Shown piece after piece: positions 29,801 through 39,147 of a stretch of 64,000 nucleotides of DNA (position 1 is the stretch's first letter; every line of letters starts with the position of its first letter). Source of the DNA: a virus; the IMG/VR virus record IMGVR_UViG_3300042383_000546, positions 1 through 64,000 of that record. The stretch is one strand, 5' to 3'. The notes beneath the pieces are model-generated. The model made no database searches. It was not told the origin of the DNA and saw only the letters and a program-made list of their open reading frames with translations. The position numbers and the translations under genes are program-made.

Positions 29801-32800
29801 CCACCCCCTATAGTTGAAAACCCACCTAATGCTGAGTTATTTTGTCCTCCTCCTATTGTAGATACTGTTCCTCCTGCTCTATTCTGAAATCCTCCTCCTA
29901 TTGTAGATAATTGACCTGCTGCATATAAAGTTGTAGGAGCAACTGAGAAAAACCCATTAGCACTCCATGTACCACCACTTGTATTATTACCAACTCCTCC
30001 TGCTATTGTTGCTCCTGCTGTACAAGTTGTTGCTGTGGCACAATATAATATATTACAAACACCACCTCCTATAAAACCATCATTACCATTTACGCAGTTT
30101 TTATAACCACCTGATATAGTAGATGAATAACCTTCTGATTTATTACAAAATCCACCACCTGAAAATCCATAAGTATTAGATGCACTATTTAATCTACCTC
30201 CAACTATAGCTGACCTTTGTCCTCCTGCAATATTTACATAACCTCCACTTACTGTAGATTGGCTTCCATTAGCTTGGTTACCATAGCCACCACTTACTGT
30301 AGTTCCACTTCCTGTTGCTCTATTTCCACAACCTCCACCTACAAAAGAACAAGCTCCTGATGCTGTGTTACTCCACCCCCCACTTACTGTAGCCCTACAA
30401 GCACAAGCAACATTACCACCGCCCCCACTTACTGTTGCATGGTCAGTAGTAGCAGCATTTGCGTATCCACCACCCACTGTAGCAGCATAACCTGATGCAG
30501 TGTTTCCACCACCACCACCTACGCTACCTCTATATCCTGAGGCTGTATTTGCACGTCCTCCTGCTATTGTTGAATAGTTGCCTGAAGCTGTACCTGAATT
30601 ACCACCACCAACTACTGCTCTGATTCCTGAAGCTGCATTTGATGAACCGCCTCCAACAAAACTTCTTGCTCCTGATGCACTATTACCACTACCACCTACA
30701 ACTATACCTTGATAACCACTTGCAGTGTTACCATAACCACTACCAATAAATGCATATTGTCCACTTATTGTATTTTCTCTACCACCACCTATAAATGATT
30801 TTCCGTTTAGAACACAGTTTCTAAGACCTGAACCAATACCTGAATAAGCATCTGCTGTTACACAGTTACATATACCACCTGAAATATTTGAATATGCTAC
30901 TGTTACTATATTGCAACTACCACCACTTACAATAGAACTATATCCTGAAGCAGTATTAGTAAATCCTCCAACAACACTTGCATAAGCATTAGTTGCTCTA
31001 TTCTGAAATCCTCCTCCTATGAAAGAAAGACATCCTACATTTACTTTAGTAGGAGCTACTGTCCATCCATTTGAACCATTCCAAGTACCACCACAAGTGT
31101 TATTTCCAAGACCTCCTGCTATAACAGAATACCCTGAACAGTTTTGTGCTGTTGAATGACAAATACTATTGCAATAACCACCTGATATTGTAGAATACCA
31201 AGAAGAAGCTGAATTAACAGCACCACCACCAACTGTAGAAGATGCTTGTGAAGATGTGTTATATACACCACCTCCTATAGTTGATTGTATACCTGAAGCT
31301 GCGTTATTGCTGCCACCACTTACAGTTGAACAATTAGCTGAAGCTGTATTAGCTCTACCACCTAATACTGATGCAGAACATCCTGAAACTACACTACAAT
31401 ATCCACCTCCAATAAAACCAAATATACCTGCTGAACAAATACAGTTGACTTCACCACCTGCAATAGTTCCTGATGCACCTGTAACTGTATTTAATAAACC
31501 ACCACCTATGGTAGACCTTGTTCCTGCTGCTGTATTACTACATCCACCTAAAAGAGAAGAAGCATATCCACCTGAAACTGTATTTCCACAACCACCACCT
31601 AAAAAAGACATACATCCTGAAGCAACGTTATTTGTACCGCCACCAACTATTGCAAATGGAGCTGACGCAGAATTGGAAGCACCACCTGATACAGTGGCTG
31701 CTCTACATCCTGTAACAGTATTATTTGCACCTCCTCCAATTGTAGCATCATAAGTTCCTGATGCTGTATTTCTATATCCACCTGAAACAGTACTTGTTAT
31801 TGCTATGGCAGCATTACAATGTCCACCTCCTACAAAAGAATAATTACAAACTCTATTCAAATAACCTCCACCTATTGTTGAACAAAGTCCACAAGCTGTA
31901 TTAGAAAGACCTCCTGCAACAACTGCAAATCCATTACTTACTGTGTTTGCTTGACCACCACCTACAAAAGAACAAGCTCCTGAAGCTGTATTTGAGCATC
32001 CTCCACCAACAAAAGAACGAGCACCTGAAGCAGCATTACCTATACCATTTCCTACAAAAGAATATTCTCCTGAAGCAACATTATTTACACCTGTTCCTAT
32101 AAAAGATACGTTACCATTTGCTGTATTTGCACCACCATTACCTATGAAAGCATAATAAGTACCACTTGCTGTGTTATTATTACCTCCAACAACTATATTA
32201 TAAGCAGTTCCACCAATTGTATTGCTTAAACCTGCAAGATTACCCGTATATGTTCCTGTTGCACTATTACTTACACCACATCTTACAGAAGAACAACCCC
32301 CTGCTCCTAAAACGATTACAGCACCAACACCTGAAGAACCACTAGAACCACTTGAACCATTCGTTCCTGAGCTGCCACTAGTACCTGAGCTTCCTGATGA
32401 GCCACTTGAACCACTTGTGCCTGAACTTCCTGATGAGCCACTTGACCCACTTGTACCTGACGAACCACTCGTACCTGAACTTGCACTCGTACCTGACGAG
32501 CCACTAGTCCCTGAATTTCCACTAGTACCACTTGACCCTGATGAGCCTGAGCTACCTGATGAGCCTGAAGTTGCACTCGTTCCACTGCTGCCACTAGTTC
32601 CTGACGAACCACTTGAGCCACTAGTTCCTGACGAACCATTTACCCCTGAAGTACCTGACGAACCACTAGAGCCTGAAGTTGCAGACGTACCTGAGCTACC
32701 ACTAGTGCCTGACGTTCCATTTTCACCTGCAGTGCCTGAGCTTCCACTTGACCCACTAGAGCCCGAAGTTGCTGACGTACCTGAGCTACCATTTGCCCCT

Positions 32801-35256
32801 GAAGTGCCTGACGAACCATTTGTTCCTGACGAACCTGACGAGCCATCAGTTCCTGACGAGCCACTCGTTGCAGAAGTACCTGCACTACCCGAAGTAGCTG
32901 AAGTACCTGATGAGCCATCCGTTCCACTGCTGCCATTCGTTCCTGAAGTGCCTGAGCTACCTGAAGTTGCTGACGTACCACTTGAAGCTGACGTACCACT
33001 AGAAGCACTCGTGCCTGAGCTACCATTTGTACCACTAGTGCCATTCGCCCCTGAAGTACCTGACGTACCACTTGGAGGGTTAAATGTCGTTTGAGCGTAT
33101 GAGTAGTTACTCGTACCCTCTGTATAAAAAGTCAAAGTCTTACTAGAACCACCATCGTGTTCTGCATAAATTTGACAATAAAGCCTGTCTGTTGCGTTTA
33201 ATGCGGTTTGACCTAAAAATAAGTCTGTAAAAAACTCTTTGATTACACCTGATGCCATAGACTCAGTGTCTAGGTTTGTAGTGCCTAAAAGAGTTGAAAC
33301 ACCACCTGTTGTGTAACTATAAAGTTCTATGTCTATAGCTACGTTTGCATTTGTATCAATAGAAAAGTGTGTTACCCAAGCCCAATTCCCTGCAGGAATA
33401 CTTGTGAAGTTTGGAACACCTGAATCAGTTGCAAAAGTAGCAATCAGCGTTCTTACATTTTGATTACTTGTAACCGTAACAGTTGTTTCCCCTGTTGTTG
33501 TACCAATAGGAGACCATTGTTTATATGTAGGACTGCCAAAAGCAGAATTTGTATTTAAAGACTGATTTAGATAGTATACTAGACCACCTGCAACACCACT
33601 CACACCACTTGTACCTGTTGTACCTGAGCTTCCTGATGATGCGGACGTACCACTTGACGCACTTGTACCTGAGCTGCCTGAAGTTGCAGACGTGCCACTA
33701 GTACCTGATGAGCCTGAGCTACCATCCGTACCATTTGTACCTGACGAACCTGAAGTTGCAGAAGTACCACTTGATGCACTTGTACCTGAGCTTCCACTTG
33801 AACCACTCGTGCCACTCGTACCTGTTGTTCCTGATGAGCCTGAACTTGCTGAAGTACCTGAGCTGCCACTTGAACCACTAGTGCCCGAACTTGCAGAAGT
33901 ACCTGACGAACCATCAGTACCTGAGCTTCCATCCGTACCTGCCGTACCTGCAGTGCCTGACGAACCACTTGATGCAGAAGTTCCTGAACTGCCTGAAGTA
34001 CCTGCCGATGCACTCGTACCTGAAGTGCCACTTGAAGCACTCGTACCTGACGAACCATCAGTGCCTGAGCTACCATCAGTGCCTGAGCTCCCATCCGTAC
34101 CACTAGTGCCTGTAGTTCCTGAAGAACCTGAACTAGCACTCGTTCCTGATGAACCACTAGAGCCTGACGTTGCAGACGTGCCTGACGTTCCTGCAGTACC
34201 TGAAGAGCCTGAACTAGCACTCGTGCCCGAAGAACCACTTGAACCTGAAGTCCCTGAGCTACCTGATGAGCCACTTGACCCTGAAGTTGCAGATGTTCCA
34301 CTACTTGCAGACGTACCACTACTTGCACTCGTTCCACTAGAACCTGACGTGCCTGATGTCCCTGCCGTACCCGAAGAGCCACTTAGACTCTTTTGGTTCA
34401 TAATAGCAGTGGTATTATTTATCTTTATATATACAGGGTAAGCATCACCGACAGCGGGAGGGGTTACTGATAAGTTATTCAAACCACTTGGGTCAAAATA
34501 TAGTACATCTCCCACGTTACCAACAAGAGTAGGTAAGCCACTTACGATACGACCAACGGGTCTTACACGAAGATTACCATTTTCAGGGGTATCAGCAGAA
34601 GTGACCATACCCGCTATCTGAACGATATTGGGCTCTAAAGTAGAAGTTACTTTTACAAATTTTCCTGAGCTATCTATTTTAACAAAGTCACCAACGGCAA
34701 TACCTGAATAAGTATCGTCATCGGGGTCAATGCAAAAAAAGTCAGTTATATAGTTTCTGAATCTAAACCTATCATGTAGGTCATTTAGCCAATTGGATAA
34801 GTCTCCGATTTGGCTTCTAATTTGTTCTGTTGCTACAACAATAGGTAGCCCATCGTCACCTAATCTAAAAATAACACCTACGAAACCTTCAGGTGGGAAG
34901 TTATTTCCCATTGAGGTGTTATCAACAATAAGATTATAAAGGTCTACGTCTTGTAGAATTACGGTACAGCTTGTATTAAACTCACCGCCAATATTAGATA
35001 TAGCATTAATGCGGTAGCAGTTACCATTTGGTAAGCCAAGCCACATTCCAACTTCAATATTTGTAGAAGTATAGTAAAGAGGTGGAGTAGTATCGTAACT
35101 ACTCGTCTCTTGTATTTCAATAGTTAAATCACATTCAAAAGTGAATGGAGAGCCATTCCAAGGACTAAGTGCATTTACATAGGTCGATACTACACTTGTA
35201 GAACCGAAGTTTATACTTGCAGGTATTGTAATAGGTGGTTTTATCAAACTCGCCAT
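26815..35256 (-). CDS. giant fibre/spike protein with Gly-X-Y (G-T-S/G-S-S) repeats, 15-residue beta-helix repeats and a C-terminal peptidase S74 chaperone
   Basis: 2813 aa; SSDERLKDI...IGYSAQNVQEILP...VDY...LEERIAKLE. Confidence 0.85.
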   Translation of the reverse strand: MASLIKPPITIPASINFGSTSVVSTYVNALSPWNGSPFTFECDLTIEIQETSSYDTTPPLYYTSTNIEVGMWLGLPNGNCYRINAISNIGGEFNTSCTVILQDVDLYNLIVDNTSMGNNFPPEGFVGVIFRLGDDGLPIVVATEQIRSQIGDLSNWLNDLHDRFRFRNYITDFFCIDPDDDTYSGIAVGDFVKIDSSGKFVKVTSTLEPNIVQIAGMVTSADTPENGNLRVRPVGRIVSGLPTLVGNVGDVLYFDPSGLNNLSVTPPAVGDAYPVYIKINNTTAIMNQKSLSGSSGTAGTSGTSGSSGTSASSGTSASSGTSATSGSSGSSGSSGTSGSSGSSGTSASSGSSGTAGTSGTSATSGSSGSSGTSASSGSSGTTGTSGTDGSSGTDGSSGTDGSSGTSASSGTSGTSASAGTSGSSGTSASSGSSGTAGTAGTDGSSGTDGSSGTSASSGTSGSSGSSGTSASSGSSGTTGTSGTSGSSGSSGTSASSGTSATSGSSGTNGTDGSSGSSGTSGTSATSGSSGTSASSGTSASSGSSGTTGTSGVSGVAGGLVYYLNQSLNTNSAFGSPTYKQWSPIGTTTGETTVTVTSNQNVRTLIATFATDSGVPNFTSIPAGNWAWVTHFSIDTNANVAIDIELYSYTTGGVSTLLGTTNLDTESMASGVIKEFFTDLFLGQTALNATDRLYCQIYAEHDGGSSKTLTFYTEGTSNYSYAQTTFNPPSGTSGTSGANGTSGTNGSSGTSASSGTSASSGTSATSGSSGTSGTNGSSGTDGSSGTSATSGSAGTSATSGSSGTDGSSGSSGTNGSSGTSGANGSSGTSATSGSSGSSGSSGTAGENGTSGTSGSSGTSATSGSSGSSGTSGVNGSSGTSGSSGSSGTSGSSGTSATSGSSGSSGSSGSSGTSGNSGTSGSSGTSASSGTSGSSGTSGSSGSSGSSGTSGSSGSSGSSGTSGSSGTNGSSGSSGSSGVGAVIVLGAGGCSSVRCGVSNSATGTYTGNLAGLSNTIGGTAYNIVVGGNNNTASGTYYAFIGNGGANTANGNVSFIGTGVNNVASGEYSFVGNGIGNAASGARSFVGGGCSNTASGACSFVGGGQANTVSNGFAVVAGGLSNTACGLCSTIGGGYLNRVCNYSFVGGGHCNAAIAITSTVSGGYRNTASGTYDATIGGGANNTVTGCRAATVSGGASNSASAPFAIVGGGTNNVASGCMSFLGGGCGNTVSGGYASSLLGGCSNTAAGTRSTIGGGLLNTVTGASGTIAGGEVNCICSAGIFGFIGGGYCSVVSGCSASVLGGRANTASANCSTVSGGSNNAASGIQSTIGGGVYNTSSQASSTVGGGAVNSASSWYSTISGGYCNSICHSTAQNCSGYSVIAGGLGNNTCGGTWNGSNGWTVAPTKVNVGCLSFIGGGFQNRATNAYASVVGGFTNTASGYSSIVSGGSCNIVTVAYSNISGGICNCVTADAYSGIGSGLRNCVLNGKSFIGGGRENTISGQYAFIGSGYGNTASGYQGIVVGGSGNSASGARSFVGGGSSNAASGIRAVVGGGNSGTASGNYSTIAGGRANTASGYRGSVGGGGGNTASGYAATVGGGYANAATTDHATVSGGGGNVACACRATVSGGWSNTASGACSFVGGGCGNRATGSGTTVSGGYGNQANGSQSTVSGGYVNIAGGQRSAIVGGRLNSASNTYGFSGGGFCNKSEGYSSTISGGYKNCVNGNDGFIGGGVCNILYCATATTCTAGATIAGGVGNNTSGGTWSANGFFSVAPTTLYAAGQLSTIGGGFQNRAGGTVSTIGGGQNNSALGGFSTIGGGSNNIVCVIGANAYSTIGGGQGNTLSSQYGGLIAGGTSNTASGYYVTIGGGRSNNAPAGTSTISGGKCNTSSGGYSSIGGGISNISSGACSTIGGGQTNTSSGGHTVVVGGVNNTASGCRAFVGGGLSNLAFGNNTTVGGGLYNCACGNESGSLSGLYNLASGAVAIVAGGRSNTASGGCSAIGGGRANTASGGASTVSGSYNVSSATNSTVAGGQNNTASGAFSFIGGGCVNVANSTNSTVAGGRNNRACATFATVSGGYANASSGESSTISGGFINTASGACSTIGGGLCNTASGRDSSIGGGNLNRACGCGLHVIGGGYNNTASGNYYSSVLSGESSTATGRNSVITGGYLNTSSGNYSFVGGGQSNTASGSRSAVGGGQSNTASGCFSSVGGGCNNTASGVYSVVGGRQNLASAAHSVVSGGVVNIACGDTSTVSGGYSNLASGSWSFVGGGYDVTASSSDSVAAGGRSNTASGACSFVGGGQQNAASGAHSTVGGGQLNTASGGQSTVSGGKLNSAIGICSTVSGGYNNRACAGFTTIAGGHNNLVSSITGTIGGGYTNTSSGTYDATIAGGALNVASGNKSTVGGGQSNTSSGASATIGGGLSNTASGACSTVSGGQGNVTCAGFGSIGGGVNNKACGGGATVAGGNANTASGYNAFVGSGFLNTASGYRATIGGGDTNTASGDRSFVGGGVSNTASSTFSTVSGGCANSATATRATVSGGFGNLASGDRATVGGGGTNCALNTADTVAGGINNRACAAYSTVSGGYNNSALGYMSVVGGACVNTASGNTSVVAGGRTNTASGSCSFVGGGNGNIASNFYSTVSGGLSNTSSGCHSFVGGGNGNTVSGIYSAILGGKNVTVSGAYSGGGGVCFTGGCSSTFYWNNFCAISCMWAQAYFESSDERLKDIHCRVNSFDNINPIYFKWKEGDSSRINIGYSAQNVQEILPDTVRTDEKGKLNVDYHQVHIYKMMTLEERIAKLEEKLKKYEA
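27150..32320 (-). repeat. coding tandem repeat, ~45 bp (N-x-A-S-G-x-x-S-x-V/I-x-G-G-x-x)
   Basis: roughly 100 degenerate units in the fibre gene. Confidence 0.85.
32325..34385 (-). repeat. two blocks of 9-bp coding repeats (SGT/SGS) separated by a globular domain
   Basis: SGTSGSSGT low-complexity blocks at ~32325-33075 and ~33590-34385. Confidence 0.85.
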
Positions 35257-35264
35257 ACATCAGA

Positions 35265-36011
35265 TTAAACTTTTGCGAAGAAATAGATTGTCATAGTAGA
35301 AGCACCTACTGTAGCATATCCTGCCAAAGTACCCGATAAACTATAAAAAGTTACTGTAGTATACCCGCTATCTTGGAACATAGAATAGTTACCTGTGGTG
35401 TTACCCGTAAAAGTTCTTGTAAGCACATTCGCTCCATTGACACCATTTGTCCACGCACTTGTAATTACATTCCCTAATGGATGACCAATAGTAAACTGAC
35501 TTCCTGAATCAATTGTAAATGACCAACCTGCTGCACCAATTAAACTTGTACCTACAGGGTCTGTTGCACTTGCTACACTATCTAAAGCACCATTCACAGT
35601 ATTGATTACAACCGTAAATGTTTTCAAAGTACCCGCTGCACTCACACCGCTAGTACCTGTAAGACCTGAGCTGCCTGAAGTTCCTGAAGAACCTAAAGCA
35701 CTCGTTCCTGAAGAACCTGCTGTTCCTGCTGTGCCACTTACCCCTGAACTTCCTGAAGCACCTGAGCTACCACTTGAGCCACTACTTCCGCTTGAAGCAG
35801 ACGTACCGCTAGTGCCTGTAAGACCTGCAGTGCCTGAGCTACCTGAACTTGCAGAAGTGCCTGAGCTGCCACTAGTACCCGAAGTACCCATACCCGAAGT
35901 ACCACTTGTACCAAAGGTTTGACCACTAGTACCTGAAGAGCCCGAAGCTCCACCTCCACCGCTACCGCCTGAAGTAAACCCAAAATAGTCTGTGCCTAGA
36001 AAGTTGCTCAT
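35265..36011 (-). CDS. short fibre-like protein with SGT repeats and a beta-rich C-domain
   Basis: same repeat as the giant fibre. Confidence 0.75.
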   Translation of the reverse strand: MSNFLGTDYFGFTSGGSGGGGASGSSGTSGQTFGTSGTSGMGTSGTSGSSGTSASSGSSGTAGLTGTSGTSASSGSSGSSGSSGASGSSGVSGTAGTAGSSGTSALGSSGTSGSSGLTGTSGVSAAGTLKTFTVVINTVNGALDSVASATDPVGTSLIGAAGWSFTIDSGSQFTIGHPLGNVITSAWTNGVNGANVLTRTFTGNTTGNYSMFQDSGYTTVTFYSLSGTLAGYATVGASTMTIYFFAKV

Positions 36012-36021
36012 TATAATTTAT

Positions 36022-36420
36022 TTACACTTTTATTAATTCAGTTAGATATACCTCTTTAACAAATTTACCTGCATTAAATAGAAAGAATCTGCACATTTCG
36101 TCATCTTCTTTATCTAAATAAACACAGACATCAACTTGTTCGCTACCCAACTCCTCTTTAAATCCGTTTAAGAACCCTATGATATGTGGGGGAACAAAAA
36201 CTGTATACCCTTTCAAATCAAATTTTACGTTCAAAATATCTTTTAAACTAACCTCTTTTACAGGTTGGTTATTGTAACACACTTTATATCCTTCCTCCTC
36301 TTCGCCTTTAAGATACAACATTAAAGACACTTCACTTTCCTCTTTTTTTGATTCTGCAGCATATCTTTTTATGCCTTTACAGAATATTTTTGTTGCTTCA
36401 CTGATAATGAAATCTTGCAT
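36022..36420 (-). CDS. hypothetical protein
   Basis: ORF with the AAACCATAAAA leader. Confidence 0.6.
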   Translation of the reverse strand: MQDFIISEATKIFCKGIKRYAAESKKEESEVSLMLYLKGEEEEGYKVCYNNQPVKEVSLKDILNVKFDLKGYTVFVPPHIIGFLNGFKEELGSEQVDVCVYLDKEDDEMCRFFLFNAGKFVKEVYLTELIKV

Positions 36421-36451
36421 TTTTATGGTTTTTTTTTGTGTAAGAAAATAT

Positions 36452-36730
36452 TTATGACTTCGATATAACTATTTCCGCTATGTCCCCTGATGTACCCGCA
36501 TCAATCGTAACTCCGTCAATCGGGTTAGATACAACCGATGCTGTGATTGTAACACCTTGTCCTTCGTTTAAGGTTACAGGGTCAGAAGCAATACCTTGAA
36601 ATGTACCGCTACCTGCTACTGTTATTGTACCTAAACGACAAATAACGCTTAGTCTCACTGCATTGTCTGATGCAGCTACTGATAAGCTATCATTGGTAAG
36701 GGTGTATGTCCAAATGTTAGTTGCTCCCAT
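36452..36730 (-). CDS. small beta-rich structural protein
   Basis: 92 aa, rich in T/V/S/G. Confidence 0.55.
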   Translation of the reverse strand: MGATNIWTYTLTNDSLSVAASDNAVRLSVICRLGTITVAGSGTFQGIASDPVTLNEGQGVTITASVVSNPIDGVTIDAGTSGDIAEIVISKS

Positions 36731-36734
36731 TTTA

Positions 36735-37223
36735 TTATTTTATTAAGTTCTTAAAATTATTTTTATACTCAAAAGGTATGGTTGTCTTTATAAATCCACT
36801 TTCCACCTTCACATAGCCTTTTGCCTCAAAAGTCATATCTTTTGCTGCAATAGTCAGTGTTACTAAATTCACTAAATTACCTAGAACAAGTCTAGGGTCA
36901 AAGCTAAATCTATACGTTGCATCTGTAGTCTTTGCAGGTAAAACAACTATATCTTTCACATCGTTTACGTTACCTACTTTGATACCATTGATAGTAAAAT
37001 CAAGATACATTTCCTTAATGGTAGCCTCTACATTTGAAGCGTTATAGATTCTATTAGTAATGTCCAAAGATATGTTATCCATAGATATTTTAACAACTTT
37101 AAGACCTACTACTTGATAAGTAATATCCTTTAAGAAGTTAATCTGCTGCTTATAATAGCGAACAAGGGCATAACCTATTACGGCTAACCCTGATATTACT
37201 AATAGTGGTTTTAAATTTTTCAT
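36735..37223 (-). CDS. LEA_2/WHy-like beta-sandwich with N-terminal anchor
   Basis: TM, then IYNASNVEATIKEMYLDFTINGIKVG. Confidence 0.65.
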   Translation of the reverse strand: MKNLKPLLVISGLAVIGYALVRYYKQQINFLKDITYQVVGLKVVKISMDNISLDITNRIYNASNVEATIKEMYLDFTINGIKVGNVNDVKDIVVLPAKTTDATYRFSFDPRLVLGNLVNLVTLTIAAKDMTFEAKGYVKVESGFIKTTIPFEYKNNFKNLIK

Positions 37224-37822
37224 TTCTTGAAAATTAACGCAATTACTACGAGTGCACCTATGCCAATTCCACCGTAAATTAATAAATTTTTGTTTACTCC
37301 ACCTACAGTTTTTGTATCACCTCCCATATCAAGACCAACTAAATCACCTTTTGCTTTGTTCACGCTAGTATCTGATACGGTTGTAAGGGTATCTAAGAGG
37401 TCTTTCCTTTCTTTTTCTTTCTTTTCGGCTTCAGCTTTATTTACGCAATCATACTGATTTCTAAGCATTTTTGCATTAGCTTCTGCCTCAATTGCAAACT
37501 TTCTTTGAATAGGTAATTCAAAAGCATTACTTGAAGCCATGAGCTTTGTAATTCTTTCTCTTTCTACCATAGCGTCTTGAAGTAGTAAATCAATACCTCC
37601 ACAGGTTTTTGTATCATATCTAGCCCACTTTGCTTTAGCGTCTTTCTCTACTTGAGCAATAGACTCTTTACGCTTTTTGCTACCAAATAGGCTATAAAAC
37701 TGCTCTTCACCTGTAAAACAAGCATATCCATTAGTTTTTTCGTCTACAAAGCATCTGTCGTTACCTACTCTTGAAGGAGCTAGAGCACTAAGCTCATTAT
37801 TTTCAATCATGTCTATAGCCAT
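37220..37822 (-). CDS. membrane protein, C-terminal anchor
   Basis: LLIYGGIGIGALVVIALIFKK; contains FTGEEQFY. Confidence 0.7.
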   Translation of the reverse strand: MAIDMIENNELSALAPSRVGNDRCFVDEKTNGYACFTGEEQFYSLFGSKKRKESIAQVEKDAKAKWARYDTKTCGGIDLLLQDAMVERERITKLMASSNAFELPIQRKFAIEAEANAKMLRNQYDCVNKAEAEKKEKERKDLLDTLTTVSDTSVNKAKGDLVGLDMGGDTKTVGGVNKNLLIYGGIGIGALVVIALIFKK

Positions 37823-37831
37823 AACCTTATT

Positions 37832-38341
37832 TTATATTGTGTATTTAATCTTTTTAGCAGCCCAATCCTTATTTATGTTACTTACTCTATAAGAGGTTAA
37901 GCCAAAATATTCGTTACCTAATTCCTTCTTAACATAAGTCAATAAGTCCATTTTATCACCCACAGGTATACCAAAAGCATAGTCCTGACGGCTACCAAAT
38001 GATTTAATGAGTTTGGCAACATCTAGGTCATTTTTCATTTTTTTCAATGAATCTTGAACTGCAGCATAGTCATCACCAACGGCAAATCTCATGCTATTGT
38101 ATATAGTATTAGCCAAAGTATCATATGTGCTATCGGGATAACTAGCCTTTTGAAATCTTTGTAGATTTGAAATTTCGCTGTTTATGTTTCTACCTAGTTC
38201 AGCGTTTCTTTTTGCCTCTTCCGAAGGAAATACAATCGTGTAAAGTTTCTTACCAACGAAAAATAGGGCTGCAGCACCGCCAACTACAACGATACCTTTA
38301 GCCCATTGAGGTAAATCTTTATAATACTGATATACTTTCAT
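37832..38341 (-). CDS. membrane-anchored protein with an annexin-like repeat
   Basis: LANTIYNSMRFAVGDDYAAV...KNDLDVAKLIKSFG. Confidence 0.5.
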   Translation of the reverse strand: MKVYQYYKDLPQWAKGIVVVGGAAALFFVGKKLYTIVFPSEEAKRNAELGRNINSEISNLQRFQKASYPDSTYDTLANTIYNSMRFAVGDDYAAVQDSLKKMKNDLDVAKLIKSFGSRQDYAFGIPVGDKMDLLTYVKKELGNEYFGLTSYRVSNINKDWAAKKIKYTI

Positions 38342-38351
38342 AATATTTTTT

Positions 38352-38606
38352 TTATCTTACTGCCCTACCACCCTTAGTATTAATAGTTTTACCATTATAC
38401 TCAAATGTAGGTATATTGTTTTTTGCTGCTTTAGACCAAACTCTTAAAAAAGCCATGTCAAACTTTTTAAGGTCTTCTAACGTTCCCGTACTAGCGTCCG
38501 CTTTTTTGATTGCTCTAGCATAAGCATTTTTAGAGAAATACATATAGTAAGCTCCATAAGCTACTACTGCGTAAAGACCAACGTAAAAAACTAATTTTTT
38601 ATTCAT
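38352..38606 (-). CDS. small membrane protein, N-terminal anchor
   Basis: KKLVFYVGLYAVVAYGAYYMYF. Confidence 0.7.
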   Translation of the reverse strand: MNKKLVFYVGLYAVVAYGAYYMYFSKNAYARAIKKADASTGTLEDLKKFDMAFLRVWSKAAKNNIPTFEYNGKTINTKGGRAVR

Positions 38607-38615
38607 AACTTTTTT

Positions 38616-39140
38616 TTATATATACCTAAATTTATATCCGCTACAAGATTTAGATACACCTCTTAAATTCTGACTTATTGCAGTAGCAGAAACACCAAAT
38701 TCTTTAGATGTTTCTTTTATGCCATTACAAAATCTAATATGATTACCTTTTAAATCCATTTGCTCAAATTTAACTCTTAAAAGTAATCCGTTTTTACTTG
38801 TATCAATTAATTTATTTTTTATGGCATGGACAATTTGCTCTCTATGAGTAGCCCATTCTAAATTTTCAACTCTATTGTCTTTCTTATTACCATTAATATG
38901 ATTCACAGTTGGTTTTCCATCAGAATTTTCTATAAATGCTTCAGCAACTAACCTATGAGCAAAAACTAATTTCACACCATCTTCATTTCTAATTTTACAT
39001 TTTATATAGCCTCTAACATTAGTACCATTAACTTTTACCCAATTGCCCTCAAGGTTTTTTTGACATAAAGATTTACTATATACATTTCCATGAATATCTA
39101 CCTTATAGTTCGGGTATTTGTATACAATTTTGTCTTCCAT
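38616..39140 (-). mobile_element. free-standing HNH homing endonuclease (NUMOD4-HNH-NUMOD1 type)
   Basis: YPNYKV..HGNV; HRLVAEAF...VNHINGNKKDNRVENLEW. Confidence 0.9.
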
Positions 39141-39147
39141 CTTATAA

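Noticed and set aside
27524-35983. Long plus-strand and alternate-frame ORFs rich in VPELP or QVVQ
   Set aside because: Shadow ORFs created by the Ser/Gly/Thr repeats of the fibre genes, which lack stop codons in other frames.
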